Source: Chloroflexota bacterium | Lineage (GTDB): Bacteria; Chloroflexota; Dehalococcoidia; Lucifugimonadales; Lucifugimonadaceae | Length of the DNA stretch: 56,346 bases | NCBI GenBank assembly: GCA_002699165.1 | Contig: PABO01000008.1 | Span: forward strand, 12,044 to 68,389 | Direction: 5' to 3' | Shown: positions 18,802-27,869 of the stretch, in pieces | Position numbering within the stretch: position 1 is the stretch's first letter | Layout of the letters: every line of letters begins with the position of its first letter | Notes under the pieces: generated by a model | What the model was told of the DNA's origin: nothing | The model's input: only the letters and a program-made list of their open reading frames with translations | Database searches by the model: none | Made by a program: the position numbers and the translations under genes

Positions 18802-19404
18802 TTATTTTTTGTGTCTTTTTGATAATTCAATTACAACTTCATTGAAATTTATCTCTTCATTTGCGAGCAAAACTAAAAGGTGAAATATTAAGTCTGCAGA
18901 CTCATAAACTAAATCACTTCTTTTTTCTGCTAGAGAGGCTATTATAACTTCAGATGCTTCCTCTCCTAATTTTTTACTAATTTTTGTTATTCCTTTGTTG
19001 AAAAGTTCAGTTGTATATGAATTGTCAGGTTTTTGAATCTTTCTTGACTGGATTATTTTTTCTAAGTATTCAATATTAAATTCATTCTTTTCATAGTCCT
19101 CTAATGTAGTGTCAAAACACGACTCATTTAGAGTGTGGCATGTAGGTCCTTCAGGATTTGCAGATATAAGTATAGTATCATTATCGCAATCTAGTTTTAT
19201 CTCATTTACTCTTAAGTAATTCTTACTTTCTTCTCCTTTTTCCCAAAGCTTATTTCTAGATCTAGAAAAAAACCAAACATTTTTTGTTTCTAAAGTTTTT
19301 TCATATGCTTCAGAGTTCATCCAGCCCAGCATTAAGACTTTTTTTGAGGAAGAATTTTGAATAATTGCTGGAATTAAATCTGTTTTATTAAAATCTGGTT
19401 TCAT
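18802..19404 (-). CDS. hisIE: bifunctional phosphoribosyl-AMP cyclohydrolase / phosphoribosyl-ATP pyrophosphatase
   Basis: N-half LIPAIIQ...WFFSRSR..LW.KGE....DCDNDT...GP.CH (HisI). C-half LGEEASEV...ESADLIFHLLVLL (HisE). Confidence 0.87.
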   Translation of the reverse strand: MKPDFNKTDLIPAIIQNSSSKKVLMLGWMNSEAYEKTLETKNVWFFSRSRNKLWEKGEESKNYLRVNEIKLDCDNDTILISANPEGPTCHTLNESCFDTTLEDYEKNEFNIEYLEKIIQSRKIQKPDNSYTTELFNKGITKISKKLGEEASEVIIASLAEKRSDLVYESADLIFHLLVLLANEEINFNEVVIELSKRHKK

Positions 19405-19408
19405 AACA

Positions 19409-20125
19409 TTATTTTTTTAAGATTTCATATAGTTGAATTAAGTTAGAAATTTTTATAAATTTATTTTTAATTTCTATTTCATTATATACCGATCGATCAA
19501 TAAGAAATGGTTTCATACCAACTGAACTTGATCCCAAAACATCATCATATTCTTTATCTCCTACATACCAGCAATCTTCTGGATCTAATTTATTTTCTTC
19601 CAAAAATCTTAAAAAGATTCTTGGGTCAGGTTTATATAATCTTGCTGACTCTGAGGATAGAATATAGTCAAATTTAAAATCTATTTTTTTCAATACAGGA
19701 TTTAAGAAATCGTTATCTGCATTTGAGATTACTCCCAATTTACAATGCTCCGACATTTTGTTTAAGTATACTGAAGATTCTTCATAAGGCTTATTTTTGC
19801 CCATATTAATTATGCATTTTTTTGATAAATCTTTAGGATTACCTTTTAAATTTAATTCATCTAGTACTTTTTCAAAGCAGTTTGACCATGCTTGTTCATA
19901 AGTCTTGAAATCTGGATTAAGAGTTAAATCATTAAGATTTGTTCTTATTTCTCTAAATAAAACTTCTTCTTTTTTCCATATTTTCCATAGATTATTTGGA
20001 TTTATATTCCAATTATTATCTTTAACTAATGTGCTAAATAAATCTATCCAACTAGACCTATCATTTTCTACAATTGTTTCAAAACAATCAAATATTATTA
20101 TCGATGGATTATCTTTCTGAATCAT
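19409..20125 (-). CDS. HAD-IA superfamily hydrolase (Asp+2 replaced: FDCFET)
   Basis: Motif I IIIFDCFETIV, motif II VISNAD, motif III LYKPDPRIF, motif IV VGDKEYDDV. 4-nt overlap with hisF and a 4-nt gap to hisIE. Confidence 0.7.
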   Translation of the reverse strand: MIQKDNPSIIIFDCFETIVENDRSSWIDLFSTLVKDNNWNINPNNLWKIWKKEEVLFREIRTNLNDLTLNPDFKTYEQAWSNCFEKVLDELNLKGNPKDLSKKCIINMGKNKPYEESSVYLNKMSEHCKLGVISNADNDFLNPVLKKIDFKFDYILSSESARLYKPDPRIFLRFLEENKLDPEDCWYVGDKEYDDVLGSSSVGMKPFLIDRSVYNEIEIKNKFIKISNLIQLYEILKK

Positions 20126-20877
20126 AATCTTACCTGTATTTTATTTTTATTTAAGAATTCTTTTGCTTGTTTTATAGAATATTCTCCATAATGAAAAATA
20201 CTAGCTGCGAGTACTGCATCTGCATTTCCTAAGGATAAAGCTTCAACTAAATGGTCTAATTTTCCAGCTCCTCCTGAAGCTATAAGTGGTATTGAAATTT
20301 TTTCATTTATTTTAGATAAAAGCTCAATGTCATATCCGTCATAAGAACCATCTTTATCCATACTAGTTAGCAATATTTCTCCAGCTCCATTTTCTTCAAC
20401 AATTCTAGCCCAATCCATTACATCTATATTAGTAATTTTTCTCCCTCCATGTGTGAAAACAATCCATTTACTATCTATCTTTTTTACATCAATTGCACTA
20501 ACAACACATTGAGTTCCAAATTCTTTTGAACATTCTGTGATCAAACTTGGATTATTTATTGCAGATGAATTTATAGAAACTTTATCAGCTCCGGCTTCTA
20601 ACATTATTTTCATATCTTCAACTTCTCTTATGCCTCCTCCAACTGTAAGAGGAATAAAAACCTGTGAAGAAACCTTTTTTACAACATCTACAATCGTTTT
20701 TCTGTCTTCGTGAGTGGCTGTTATATCAAGAAAAACTAATTCATCGGCCCCTTCTTTATTATAAAAAGTAGCTAATTCTGAAGGGTCTCCAGCATCTCTT
20801 ATATTTATAAAGTTTGTTCCTTTAACAACTCTACCGTTATCAATATCTAAACAAGGAATGATTCGTTTACTTAACAT
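20122..20877 (-). CDS. hisF: imidazole glycerol phosphate synthase cyclase subunit
   Basis: MLSKRIIPCLDI..GRVVKG, ADELVFLDITA, PLTVGGGI, ADKVSINS, GAGEILLTSMDKDG. Confidence 0.94.
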   Translation of the reverse strand: MLSKRIIPCLDIDNGRVVKGTNFINIRDAGDPSELATFYNKEGADELVFLDITATHEDRKTIVDVVKKVSSQVFIPLTVGGGIREVEDMKIMLEAGADKVSINSSAINNPSLITECSKEFGTQCVVSAIDVKKIDSKWIVFTHGGRKITNIDVMDWARIVEENGAGEILLTSMDKDGSYDGYDIELLSKINEKISIPLIASGGAGKLDHLVEALSLGNADAVLAASIFHYGEYSIKQAKEFLNKNKIQVRL

Positions 20878-20880
20878 ATT

Positions 20881-21591
20881 TTATTCTTGATTTAAAAGGT
20901 TCCTTAGATCAATTTTACCAGTATAAATTGACATTCCTAATATAGCACCATCAATACCTATACTTTTTAATTTTGTTATATCGTTTATATCTGAAATACC
21001 TCCAGCTATATATAATTCTGATTTACAAATACTTCTCAAATTAGAAATATACTTAAAATTTGGGTGAGATAATGTGCCATCTTTTTCTATATCTGTATAT
21101 ATGAAATTTTTACAACCATTATCTTGTAATTCACCAACAAGATCATTTACCTCAATTCTGGAATCTTTTAACCAACCTTTAGTTTTAATTTTTCCATTTA
21201 ATGCATCTATACTAACAATTACTCTAGATTGAAATTTTTGTATTGTTTTTATGACATCATTTTTATTCTCAAGAGCAGCAGTTCCAAAAATTATTTTATC
21301 TACTCCTAAATTCAGGAGTGTTTCTGCATTTTCAAATGATCTAATCCCACCTCCTATTTGAATCTTTAAATTTGTTTGTTTTATAATTTTTAAGATATTA
21401 TTTTTATTATTTGATTTACCCTCTTTTGCTCCATCTAGATCAATAATATGAACATATTTACTACCTATTTTTTCAAAACTTTTTGCGACTTCAAATGGAT
21501 CTTCATTAAAAACTATTTCATCTTCATAATTGCCTTTGATTAAACGAACACATTTTCCATTTCTTATATCTATAGCTGGAAATATTTTCAT
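20881..21591 (-). CDS. hisA: ProFAR isomerase
   Basis: MKIFPAIDI.NGKCVRL.KG, HIIDLDGA, IQIGGGIR, IYTDIEKDGTL. Confidence 0.9.
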   Translation of the reverse strand: MKIFPAIDIRNGKCVRLIKGNYEDEIVFNEDPFEVAKSFEKIGSKYVHIIDLDGAKEGKSNNKNNILKIIKQTNLKIQIGGGIRSFENAETLLNLGVDKIIFGTAALENKNDVIKTIQKFQSRVIVSIDALNGKIKTKGWLKDSRIEVNDLVGELQDNGCKNFIYTDIEKDGTLSHPNFKYISNLRSICKSELYIAGGISDINDITKLKSIGIDGAILGMSIYTGKIDLRNLLNQE

Positions 21592-21592
21592 A

Positions 21593-22225
21593 CTAATCCT
21601 TTCTAATTAGGTTGATAAAATTTTCATATACTTTTAAACCTATATTTGAACTTTTTTCAGGATGAAATTGAACAGCAAACAAATTTTCTTGCTCAATGGA
21701 AGCTACTATATCAACTGAGTAGTTTGCTTTACTTGTAATTATCTTTTCATCAACCGGAATACACTGAAATGAATGTACAAAATAAAAATTACTTTTATTT
21801 TTAATTTTTGAAAAAATCTTTGAATTTTTTGAAGTTTCTATTTGGTTCCAGCCCATATGAGGAATTTTATATTTATTTTTATTTTTGTCATAATCAGGGA
21901 TCTTAATTACATTTCCTTTAATAATTCCTAATCCAGGTAAATTTCCTTCTTCAGAATTTTCAAATAATATTTGCATACCAACACAAATACAAAGTATAGG
22001 TTTTCCTGATTTATAGAAATCTAAAATTGTTTTATCTAGATTTTGGTCATAAATATTTCTTAGCACAGTATCTGTGGAGCTTACTCCTGGAATAATTAGT
22101 GCTTCACTCTTCATAACTTCGTTATTCAAGGAAGTTATAGTGTTATCTTTTTCAAATAAATCTACTGCTTTTTTTACACTATGAAAATTAGCAGATTTTG
22201 TATCAAGTATTGAAATAATTGCCAT
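21593..22225 (-). CDS. hisH: imidazole glycerol phosphate synthase glutaminase subunit
   Basis: PILCICVGMQIL (nucleophile Cys), IPHMGWN, FAVQFHPEKS. Confidence 0.9.
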   Translation of the reverse strand: MAIISILDTKSANFHSVKKAVDLFEKDNTITSLNNEVMKSEALIIPGVSSTDTVLRNIYDQNLDKTILDFYKSGKPILCICVGMQILFENSEEGNLPGLGIIKGNVIKIPDYDKNKNKYKIPHMGWNQIETSKNSKIFSKIKNKSNFYFVHSFQCIPVDEKIITSKANYSVDIVASIEQENLFAVQFHPEKSSNIGLKVYENFINLIRKD

Positions 22226-22228
22226 AAT

Positions 22229-22789
22229 TTATTCCGTTGCTTTAATATATTCACTATCTTTATCTATGTATCTAGCAATAATAAAAAGTAAATCACTCAG
22301 TCTATTTAGCAGTATAAGATTGAGCTCATTATTAAGAAGATCTTTTTCTTTTACTTTTACGCATAATCTTTCAGCTTTTCTACATATAGTTCTAGAAATA
22401 TCTATGTATGAAGAAGCTAGACTGGTTCCTGGAAGGACAAAAAACTTTATTTCTGGTGAATTTATTTGAAAATGGTCGATATAATTTTCTATTTCTTCTA
22501 TCATTTCTTTAGTTATAAATTTGTAATTATCTCTTAATCTTTCATATTTATTTTTAGGGCATGCTATTTCTGTTGAAATAATAAATAATTTTCTTTGAAT
22601 ATTAAGAACTACATTCTCAATTTCAGTTGATTTTTGTTTATTAAGAATTGATTTTGCTGCACCTAAATTAGACATGCATTCGTCTATAACTCCATAACAT
22701 TCTACTCTTATATCATTTTTAGAAACCTTTTCACCATAAAGTAAAGATGTTTCTCCTTGATCACCATTTTTTGTATATAGTTTTGCCAA
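22229..22789 (-). CDS. ATP:cob(I)alamin adenosyltransferase, PduO type
   Basis: YTKNGDQGETSLLYGEKVSKND N-terminus and a four-helix-bundle-length protein (186 aa). 3-nt gap to hisH. Confidence 0.8.
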   Translation of the reverse strand: MAKLYTKNGDQGETSLLYGEKVSKNDIRVECYGVIDECMSNLGAAKSILNKQKSTEIENVVLNIQRKLFIISTEIACPKNKYERLRDNYKFITKEMIEEIENYIDHFQINSPEIKFFVLPGTSLASSYIDISRTICRKAERLCVKVKEKDLLNNELNLILLNRLSDLLFIIARYIDKDSEYIKATE

Positions 22790-22886
22790 ATCTTTTATTT
22801 TTTAATTATTTTTATATAATAAATAGTACATTTAATTTTGAAATTAAATATAAATTAAATATATATAAAAGCTTTTCTTAAAAAAA

Positions 22887-23234
22887 ATGGAAACAAATAT
22901 ACCTATTAATACAATAAAAATTTCTGAAAAAGCTTGCGAGAAAGTTAAGGAATTTGCTGTTAATGAATCTAGGGAAAAATTTGGATTGAAAGTTGCAGTT
23001 AAGGGTGGAGGATGCTCGGGATTACAATACATTCTAGAAATTGTAGATGGTCCTGAAGATACTGATAAGGTTATTTCTCAAAATGGTCTTGAAGTTTATA
23101 TACCCAAAAAAGCATACGTATATCTAGCTGGTACCTATTTAGACTATTCTGATGGATTAAATGGTAAAGGTTTTGAATTCAGGAATCCAAACGCTACATC
23201 TTCGTGTGGTTGTGGTGATTCTTTTTCTGTATAA
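22887..23234 (+). CDS. HesB/IscA/ErpA-family iron-sulfur cluster insertion protein
   Basis: GLKVAVKGGGCSGLQY and C-terminal CGCGDSF. Confidence 0.87.
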   Translation: METNIPINTIKISEKACEKVKEFAVNESREKFGLKVAVKGGGCSGLQYILEIVDGPEDTDKVISQNGLEVYIPKKAYVYLAGTYLDYSDGLNGKGFEFRNPNATSSCGCGDSFSV

Positions 23235-24053
23235 ATGAAGTTTATAAATATCAATATGGATAATTCATCTATTTTTTTTGATCGAACTTATACCTTCTTT
23301 TCCATGGTTGGAGACGATGCAATTTCTTTTTTAGACAGGATGACTACAAACAATATTGCTAGTATCAAATCTTCAAAAACAGTTATAACAAATAATAAAG
23401 CTTCAATAATAGATTTATTAACTTACAGAGTTTTAGATGAGAAAAAAATTATTTTTGTATCTGAAACTGAAAGTAATAGATCTATAGATTATATGAAAAA
23501 ATACTTTCTGATTGATGATGTGGAAATCAATCATTTAGGGGAACTAAAGAAATTAGTGATTTTCTCGGGTGAAGAAATATCAAATAAGAGTTTAGAAAAA
23601 TTTAGTTTATACAATTCATATGAAAATAAAGATTTGTTTAGGTATGAGCTTTTTGTTGAAGATAGAGAAATTGAAAAATTAAATGATTTTAAAAAAATAT
23701 CTTCTGTAGAAAAAAATTTATTAGATATACGGATGAAATATGTAAATTTTAATGAATCAATGCTAAAAGCTAATCCTTTAGAATTAGGATTTGGAAATAT
23801 AATCTCATTTGATAAAGGTTGTTATGTTGGTCAAGAAGTAATTGCGCGGCTTCAAAATTATAAAAAAGTAAGTAGGGAAGTTCTTCCTTTTAATTCAAAA
23901 TCTGAACTAAGACCTAATTCCAAAATTATCTTTAAATCTAAAAATATAGGGAATGTATTAAGTGTTCAAAAGAACTCTGATGAATTTTTAGGCCTTTGTT
24001 TAGTAAAGAAAAGATTTTCTAATTTATTTGATGATGAATTTATAAAAATCTAA
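23235..24053 (+). CDS. ygfZ: YgfZ/GcvT-like folate-binding protein
   Basis: FDKGCYVGQEVIARL (K-G-C-Y/F-x-G-Q-E signature). ATG directly after the preceding stop. Confidence 0.7.
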   Translation: MKFININMDNSSIFFDRTYTFFSMVGDDAISFLDRMTTNNIASIKSSKTVITNNKASIIDLLTYRVLDEKKIIFVSETESNRSIDYMKKYFLIDDVEINHLGELKKLVIFSGEEISNKSLEKFSLYNSYENKDLFRYELFVEDREIEKLNDFKKISSVEKNLLDIRMKYVNFNESMLKANPLELGFGNIISFDKGCYVGQEVIARLQNYKKVSREVLPFNSKSELRPNSKIIFKSKNIGNVLSVQKNSDEFLGLCLVKKRFSNLFDDEFIKI

Positions 24054-24802
24054 CTTAGTAATAATGTGTCACCACCATCTACTAGAATATTTTGTCCTAT
24101 TATCATTTCAGATTCTTCAGTACATAACATTATAGCTACTTTAGCTATATGGTCTGTAAGTAGTTTTTTTTGAGTAGGATTTTTTCTATTCAAGATTTTC
24201 TTTATTTCTGATTGATTAGGAAAATGCTGAATAGCATCTGTTTCGAGTAAAGATGCAGATATAGAATTTACATTTATTCCTTTTGGAGCTAGATCATAAG
24301 CCATATATCTTGTGATTGACTCAAGAGCAGCTTTTGAAACGCCTATAGAAAAATAATTTTTAAGTACTTTTGATGATCCTGGAGAAGATATATTTATTAT
24401 CCTAGAGTTTTTATTCATAATTTCTGATAACTTTTTTGATAAAATCCACGGTCCTTTTGCATTGATTTGCATAGTCCAATCCCAATGTTTTTCTGTAGTT
24501 TCTATGGAGTTTTTCATAACTCCTGAAGCTGCATTATTTATAAGGAAATCTATTTTGACATTTAATTTTTTTATCTCATCAGCAAATTTATTGATATCAT
24601 TATTGGAATTTAGGTTTAGTTTCTTGGATATCGCATTTACACCTAGTTTCTTTAGTTCGGTTTCAATTTTTTTTGCTTCTGTTGAACTTCTAACATAGGT
24701 AAAAATTATATTTGCTCCTCTTTGTGCAAATTCGTAGCAAATTTTTTTCCCAATTCCTCTAGATCCGCCTGTGACAAGCAACATTTTATTTTTAAATATC
24801 AT
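24050..24802 (-). CDS. fabL: enoyl-ACP reductase, FabL type (SDR)
   Basis: VTGGSRGIGK, NNAASGV, HWDWTMQINAKG, IGVSKAALESITRYMA, ETDAIQHFPN closely match remembered B. subtilis FabL motifs (HWDWTMNINAKA, VGVSKAALEALTRYLA, DTDALKHFPN). Confidence 0.78.
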   Translation of the reverse strand: MIFKNKMLLVTGGSRGIGKKICYEFAQRGANIIFTYVRSSTEAKKIETELKKLGVNAISKKLNLNSNNDINKFADEIKKLNVKIDFLINNAASGVMKNSIETTEKHWDWTMQINAKGPWILSKKLSEIMNKNSRIINISSPGSSKVLKNYFSIGVSKAALESITRYMAYDLAPKGINVNSISASLLETDAIQHFPNQSEIKKILNRKNPTQKKLLTDHIAKVAIMLCTEESEMIIGQNILVDGGDTLLLS

Positions 24803-25542
24803 ATAGCCATTCCACCATCTACTCTAATTATTTCACCCGTAATATATCTTGCTTCTTCTTTAGCTAAAAATGCTGCAATTGGAGCAATTTCCTCTGGTTC
24901 TCCAAATCTCTGCATTGGAATCCATGACATAACTTCTTTCTTAACCTTTTCAGATAGAACATTAGTTGTCGCAGTTGAAACATATCCAGGTGCAATGACA
25001 TTTACAGTTATGTTTCTAGTAGCTACTTCTTTTGCAATTGATTTTGTAAAAGAATGAATACCAGCTTTTGATGCAGAATAATTTGATTGACCTATATTCC
25101 CTCTAATACCAACTACAGAAGAAATATTTATTACTCTTCCCCATCTATTTTTTATCATATTATTTATGCATAATTTTGTACAATAAAAAGTCCCCTTAAG
25201 GTTTGTATCAATTACGCGATCAAAATCTTCAGGTTTCATTCTCATAAGTAATGAGTCAGATATAATACCCGCATTATTATATAAAATTTCTATATTACCT
25301 AAGTTTTCTTCTACAAAGTTAATCATTTCCTGAACTTCATTAAGTTTGGATACATTTGCTTTTACAATAATTCCTTCAGAGCCTAATGATTCTACTTCTT
25401 TTAATACTTTCTCCGCATCCTCTTTATGAGAGTTATAGTTTATAGCAATTTTATGACCAGATTCAGCTAGCTTTAAAGCAATAGACCTTCCAATTCCTCG
25501 CGAAGCACCAGTTATTAGAGCTATTCTTGGTAAATCTTCCAT
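24799..25542 (-). CDS. fabG: 3-oxoacyl-ACP reductase
   Basis: ALITGASRGIGRSIA, NNAGI, NISSVVG..GN.GQSNYSASKAG, PGYV. Confidence 0.88.
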   Translation of the reverse strand: MEDLPRIALITGASRGIGRSIALKLAESGHKIAINYNSHKEDAEKVLKEVESLGSEGIIVKANVSKLNEVQEMINFVEENLGNIEILYNNAGIISDSLLMRMKPEDFDRVIDTNLKGTFYCTKLCINNMIKNRWGRVINISSVVGIRGNIGQSNYSASKAGIHSFTKSIAKEVATRNITVNVIAPGYVSTATTNVLSEKVKKEVMSWIPMQRFGEPEEIAPIAAFLAKEEARYITGEIIRVDGGMAI

Positions 25543-25545
25543 TTT

Positions 25546-26544
25546 TTAGTCCTTAATTTCTAATCTGATTTTTTTTATTGCATTTTGCTGTTTTTCCACC
25601 CAATTATTTTCAATAGTTAATTTAGCTGTCTTAATTGCGTTTACTATTGTTGAAACTTGTGAAGATCCGTGACCGATTATTGCAATTCCATTTATTCCAA
25701 AAATTGGACCTCCACCAAATGATTGTGATATTACATTTGTCTTATTAAAAATATTTTCTGAAATATCTTTATTTCCAGTTTTATCTAAAATTTCAGTAGC
25801 AATTTTTTTCCCTAGGCTTTCAGTTGTCTTTAGTAAAATATTACCCACAAATCCATCACATATTACAACATCAACTTTCTGTTCAAATAAATCTTCAGGT
25901 TCTATATTCCCTACAAAATTTAATGAACTTTTTGATAATAGTTCAAATGATTCTTTAACTAAAATATTTCCTTTTCCTTCTTCGGATCCTACAGACAACA
26001 AAGCAATTTTTGGATTTTCTTTGTTGAACATTAATTTTGATACTTGGTCACCTATTGCTGCAAAATCTACAAGTTGTACAGCTTTTGTATCTACATTTGA
26101 TCCTAGATCTAAAAGAATCATTTCAGGTGAATAACCAATAATTGGACCTCCAATTGATCCTCTTTCAATCCCATCCATAGTTCCAAATAAAATTGATGCT
26201 GCAGCTAATGTCGCTCCGGATGATCCCATACTGACTACTCCGTTTGCATAACCTTTTTTTACCAAACCTGCTGAAACAAAAATTGATGCGTTTGGTTTGT
26301 TTCTATAAGCACTTACAGGGCTTTCTCCTTCTTCTACGATACCTTCTGAAGGAATAACTTTCATTTTTTCTGAAATTTCTTTTGGGAATTTTGAGAGTTC
26401 TACATTAATTTCATCTGGATTTCCAACTAATATTACTTTGATCCCAAAATCTTTTATAGCAGTAATTGCAGCCGGAACTGTTATGGCAGGTCCAAAATCA
26501 CCCCCCATAGCATCCAGGGCAATTATTCCATCAAATTGTTTCAT
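25546..26544 (-). CDS. plsX: phosphate acyltransferase PlsX
   Basis: IALDAMGGDFGP, CDGFVGNILLKT, IIGHGSS. Confidence 0.9.
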   Translation of the reverse strand: MKQFDGIIALDAMGGDFGPAITVPAAITAIKDFGIKVILVGNPDEINVELSKFPKEISEKMKVIPSEGIVEEGESPVSAYRNKPNASIFVSAGLVKKGYANGVVSMGSSGATLAAASILFGTMDGIERGSIGGPIIGYSPEMILLDLGSNVDTKAVQLVDFAAIGDQVSKLMFNKENPKIALLSVGSEEGKGNILVKESFELLSKSSLNFVGNIEPEDLFEQKVDVVICDGFVGNILLKTTESLGKKIATEILDKTGNKDISENIFNKTNVISQSFGGGPIFGINGIAIIGHGSSQVSTIVNAIKTAKLTIENNWVEKQQNAIKKIRLEIKD

Positions 26545-26553
26545 ATATTTCTC

Positions 26554-26922
26554 CTATTTAAATATTAATGAAGCAGATACTGCCTCGTCTCCGTTATCTT
26601 TTTTACAAACAATATTAATTTTTTCTTTAGTTTTTTCCTCAAAATAAATTTTAATCTTCTCTTCAGAATATACTGGATTTTTTAATCTCGCTTCAAAAAG
26701 AGTGTTTTCAAGTATTTTTTCTGAGTAAACATTATACAAACACTCCATTATCAATGAAAGTGTAAGCATTCCATGAGCTATCCTTGATTTGAAAATAGAT
26801 TTTTTTGCAAATTCTTCATTTATATGTATGGGATTAAAATCTTTAGATGCTTCAGCATAATCATTTATCATTTGTTGAGTTATTTTAAGTTCTATATAAT
26901 TTGAAATTTTATCCCCCCTCAC
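26554..26922 (-). CDS. MaoC-like (R)-specific hydratase/dehydratase, catalytic hot-dog subunit (HadB-like)
   Basis: ASKDFNPIHINEEFA...IAHGML = hydratase-2 motif (D-x-N-P-[LIV]-H). 122 aa. Confidence 0.75.
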   Translation of the reverse strand: MRGDKISNYIELKITQQMINDYAEASKDFNPIHINEEFAKKSIFKSRIAHGMLTLSLIMECLYNVYSEKILENTLFEARLKNPVYSEEKIKIYFEEKTKEKINIVCKKDNGDEAVSASLIFK

Positions 26923-27292
26923 TAGCTATTAAAATTGTACTTATTGATTCTCCTAATTTAATGTTAGATTCATCTGAATAATAGATTTTAATCTTAATGA
27001 AAATATTATTTTTTCTTTCAGTCTTAGATTCTATTTTTGGGATAGCAATAATTTTTTGTTTTTCATCAAATATTTTTTCCCATTTTATTGATTGGCTTAG
27101 ATGAATGGCTCCCTCTTCAAGTTCAACATCTTTAAGAAGCTTACCGAAAGTAATAGAAACAATTGCAAAAGGGGTATGATTATTTATGTCTCTATTGATT
27201 ATAGCCTTAGAATATAACCTTGATGTTTTTTCATCTAAAGAAATTTTATAAGGGCCAAACTTATGACCGGATTCAAATGAACTGAAACCCAT
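26909..27292 (-). CDS. MaoC-N/UPF0336-like hot-dog protein, non-catalytic partner (HadA/HadC-like)
   Basis: 127 aa, no hydratase motif. 14-nt overlap with the catalytic hot-dog gene. The arrangement mirrors the mycobacterial hadA-hadB pair. Confidence 0.58.
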   Translation of the reverse strand: MGFSSFESGHKFGPYKISLDEKTSRLYSKAIINRDINNHTPFAIVSITFGKLLKDVELEEGAIHLSQSIKWEKIFDEKQKIIAIPKIESKTERKNNIFIKIKIYYSDESNIKLGESISTILIASEGG

Positions 27293-27293
27293 A

Positions 27294-27869
27294 TTATTTT
27301 TTTTCCTCTTCTAGAAGTCTAGAGATATATTTATCTAATGATTTTGTATCTAAAGGACCATTTATTTTAAATGCAAAACTTCCATCACTCTTCACAAAAA
27401 ATTTTTCTGGAACAGCTATTACTCCAAAGTTTACGGCAGTGAAACCCTCTTTATCAATCAAAATTTCATACTGAATATCGTAATTTTTGATAAATTTATC
27501 TATACTGTTTTTTTCATCCCAAATAGCTATGCCTACAAATTCAACTCCTCTAAAATTCCATTCTTTATATCCATCAGACAAAATACTTGCTTCTTTTATG
27601 CAAGGCCCGCACCATGAAGACCAAAAATCAATTACGAGAGGTTTACCTTTAAAATCTTCTAAATTTATAATTTCTCCCTTTAGATTTTTTAATTCAAATA
27701 ATGTTCCTTCTGGAGCTGAGATTCCTACTTCTCCCATTATGGTATTTACACCTCTATCTATTTTTGGAGCTTTTTCACTTAAGGTTCCAAGAATTAAAAA
27801 TATGAAAAATAATAAGAAAAAAATAATAGTTACTGAAATTGAAAAATTTCTTATGTTAAATTTAGGCAT
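27294..27869 (-). CDS. TlpA/ResA/CcmG-like membrane-anchored thiol:disulfide oxidoreductase
   Basis: N-terminal TM helix, FWSSWCGPC thioredoxin motif, GVIAVPEKFF cis-Pro loop. Confidence 0.82.
   Translation of the reverse strand: MPKFNIRNFSISVTIIFFLLFFIFLILGTLSEKAPKIDRGVNTIMGEVGISAPEGTLFELKNLKGEIINLEDFKGKPLVIDFWSSWCGPCIKEASILSDGYKEWNFRGVEFVGIAIWDEKNSIDKFIKNYDIQYEILIDKEGFTAVNFGVIAVPEKFFVKSDGSFAFKINGPLDTKSLDKYISRLLEEEKK

Noticed and set aside
22830-22849. 9-bp perfect palindrome ATTTAATTT-tg-AAATTAAAT (with a further AAATTAAAT at 22852-22860) upstream of the erpA-like gene as an IscR-type operator.
   Set aside because: It is composed only of A/T, so such palindromes arise easily by chance at this base composition. 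No resemblance to known IscR sites.
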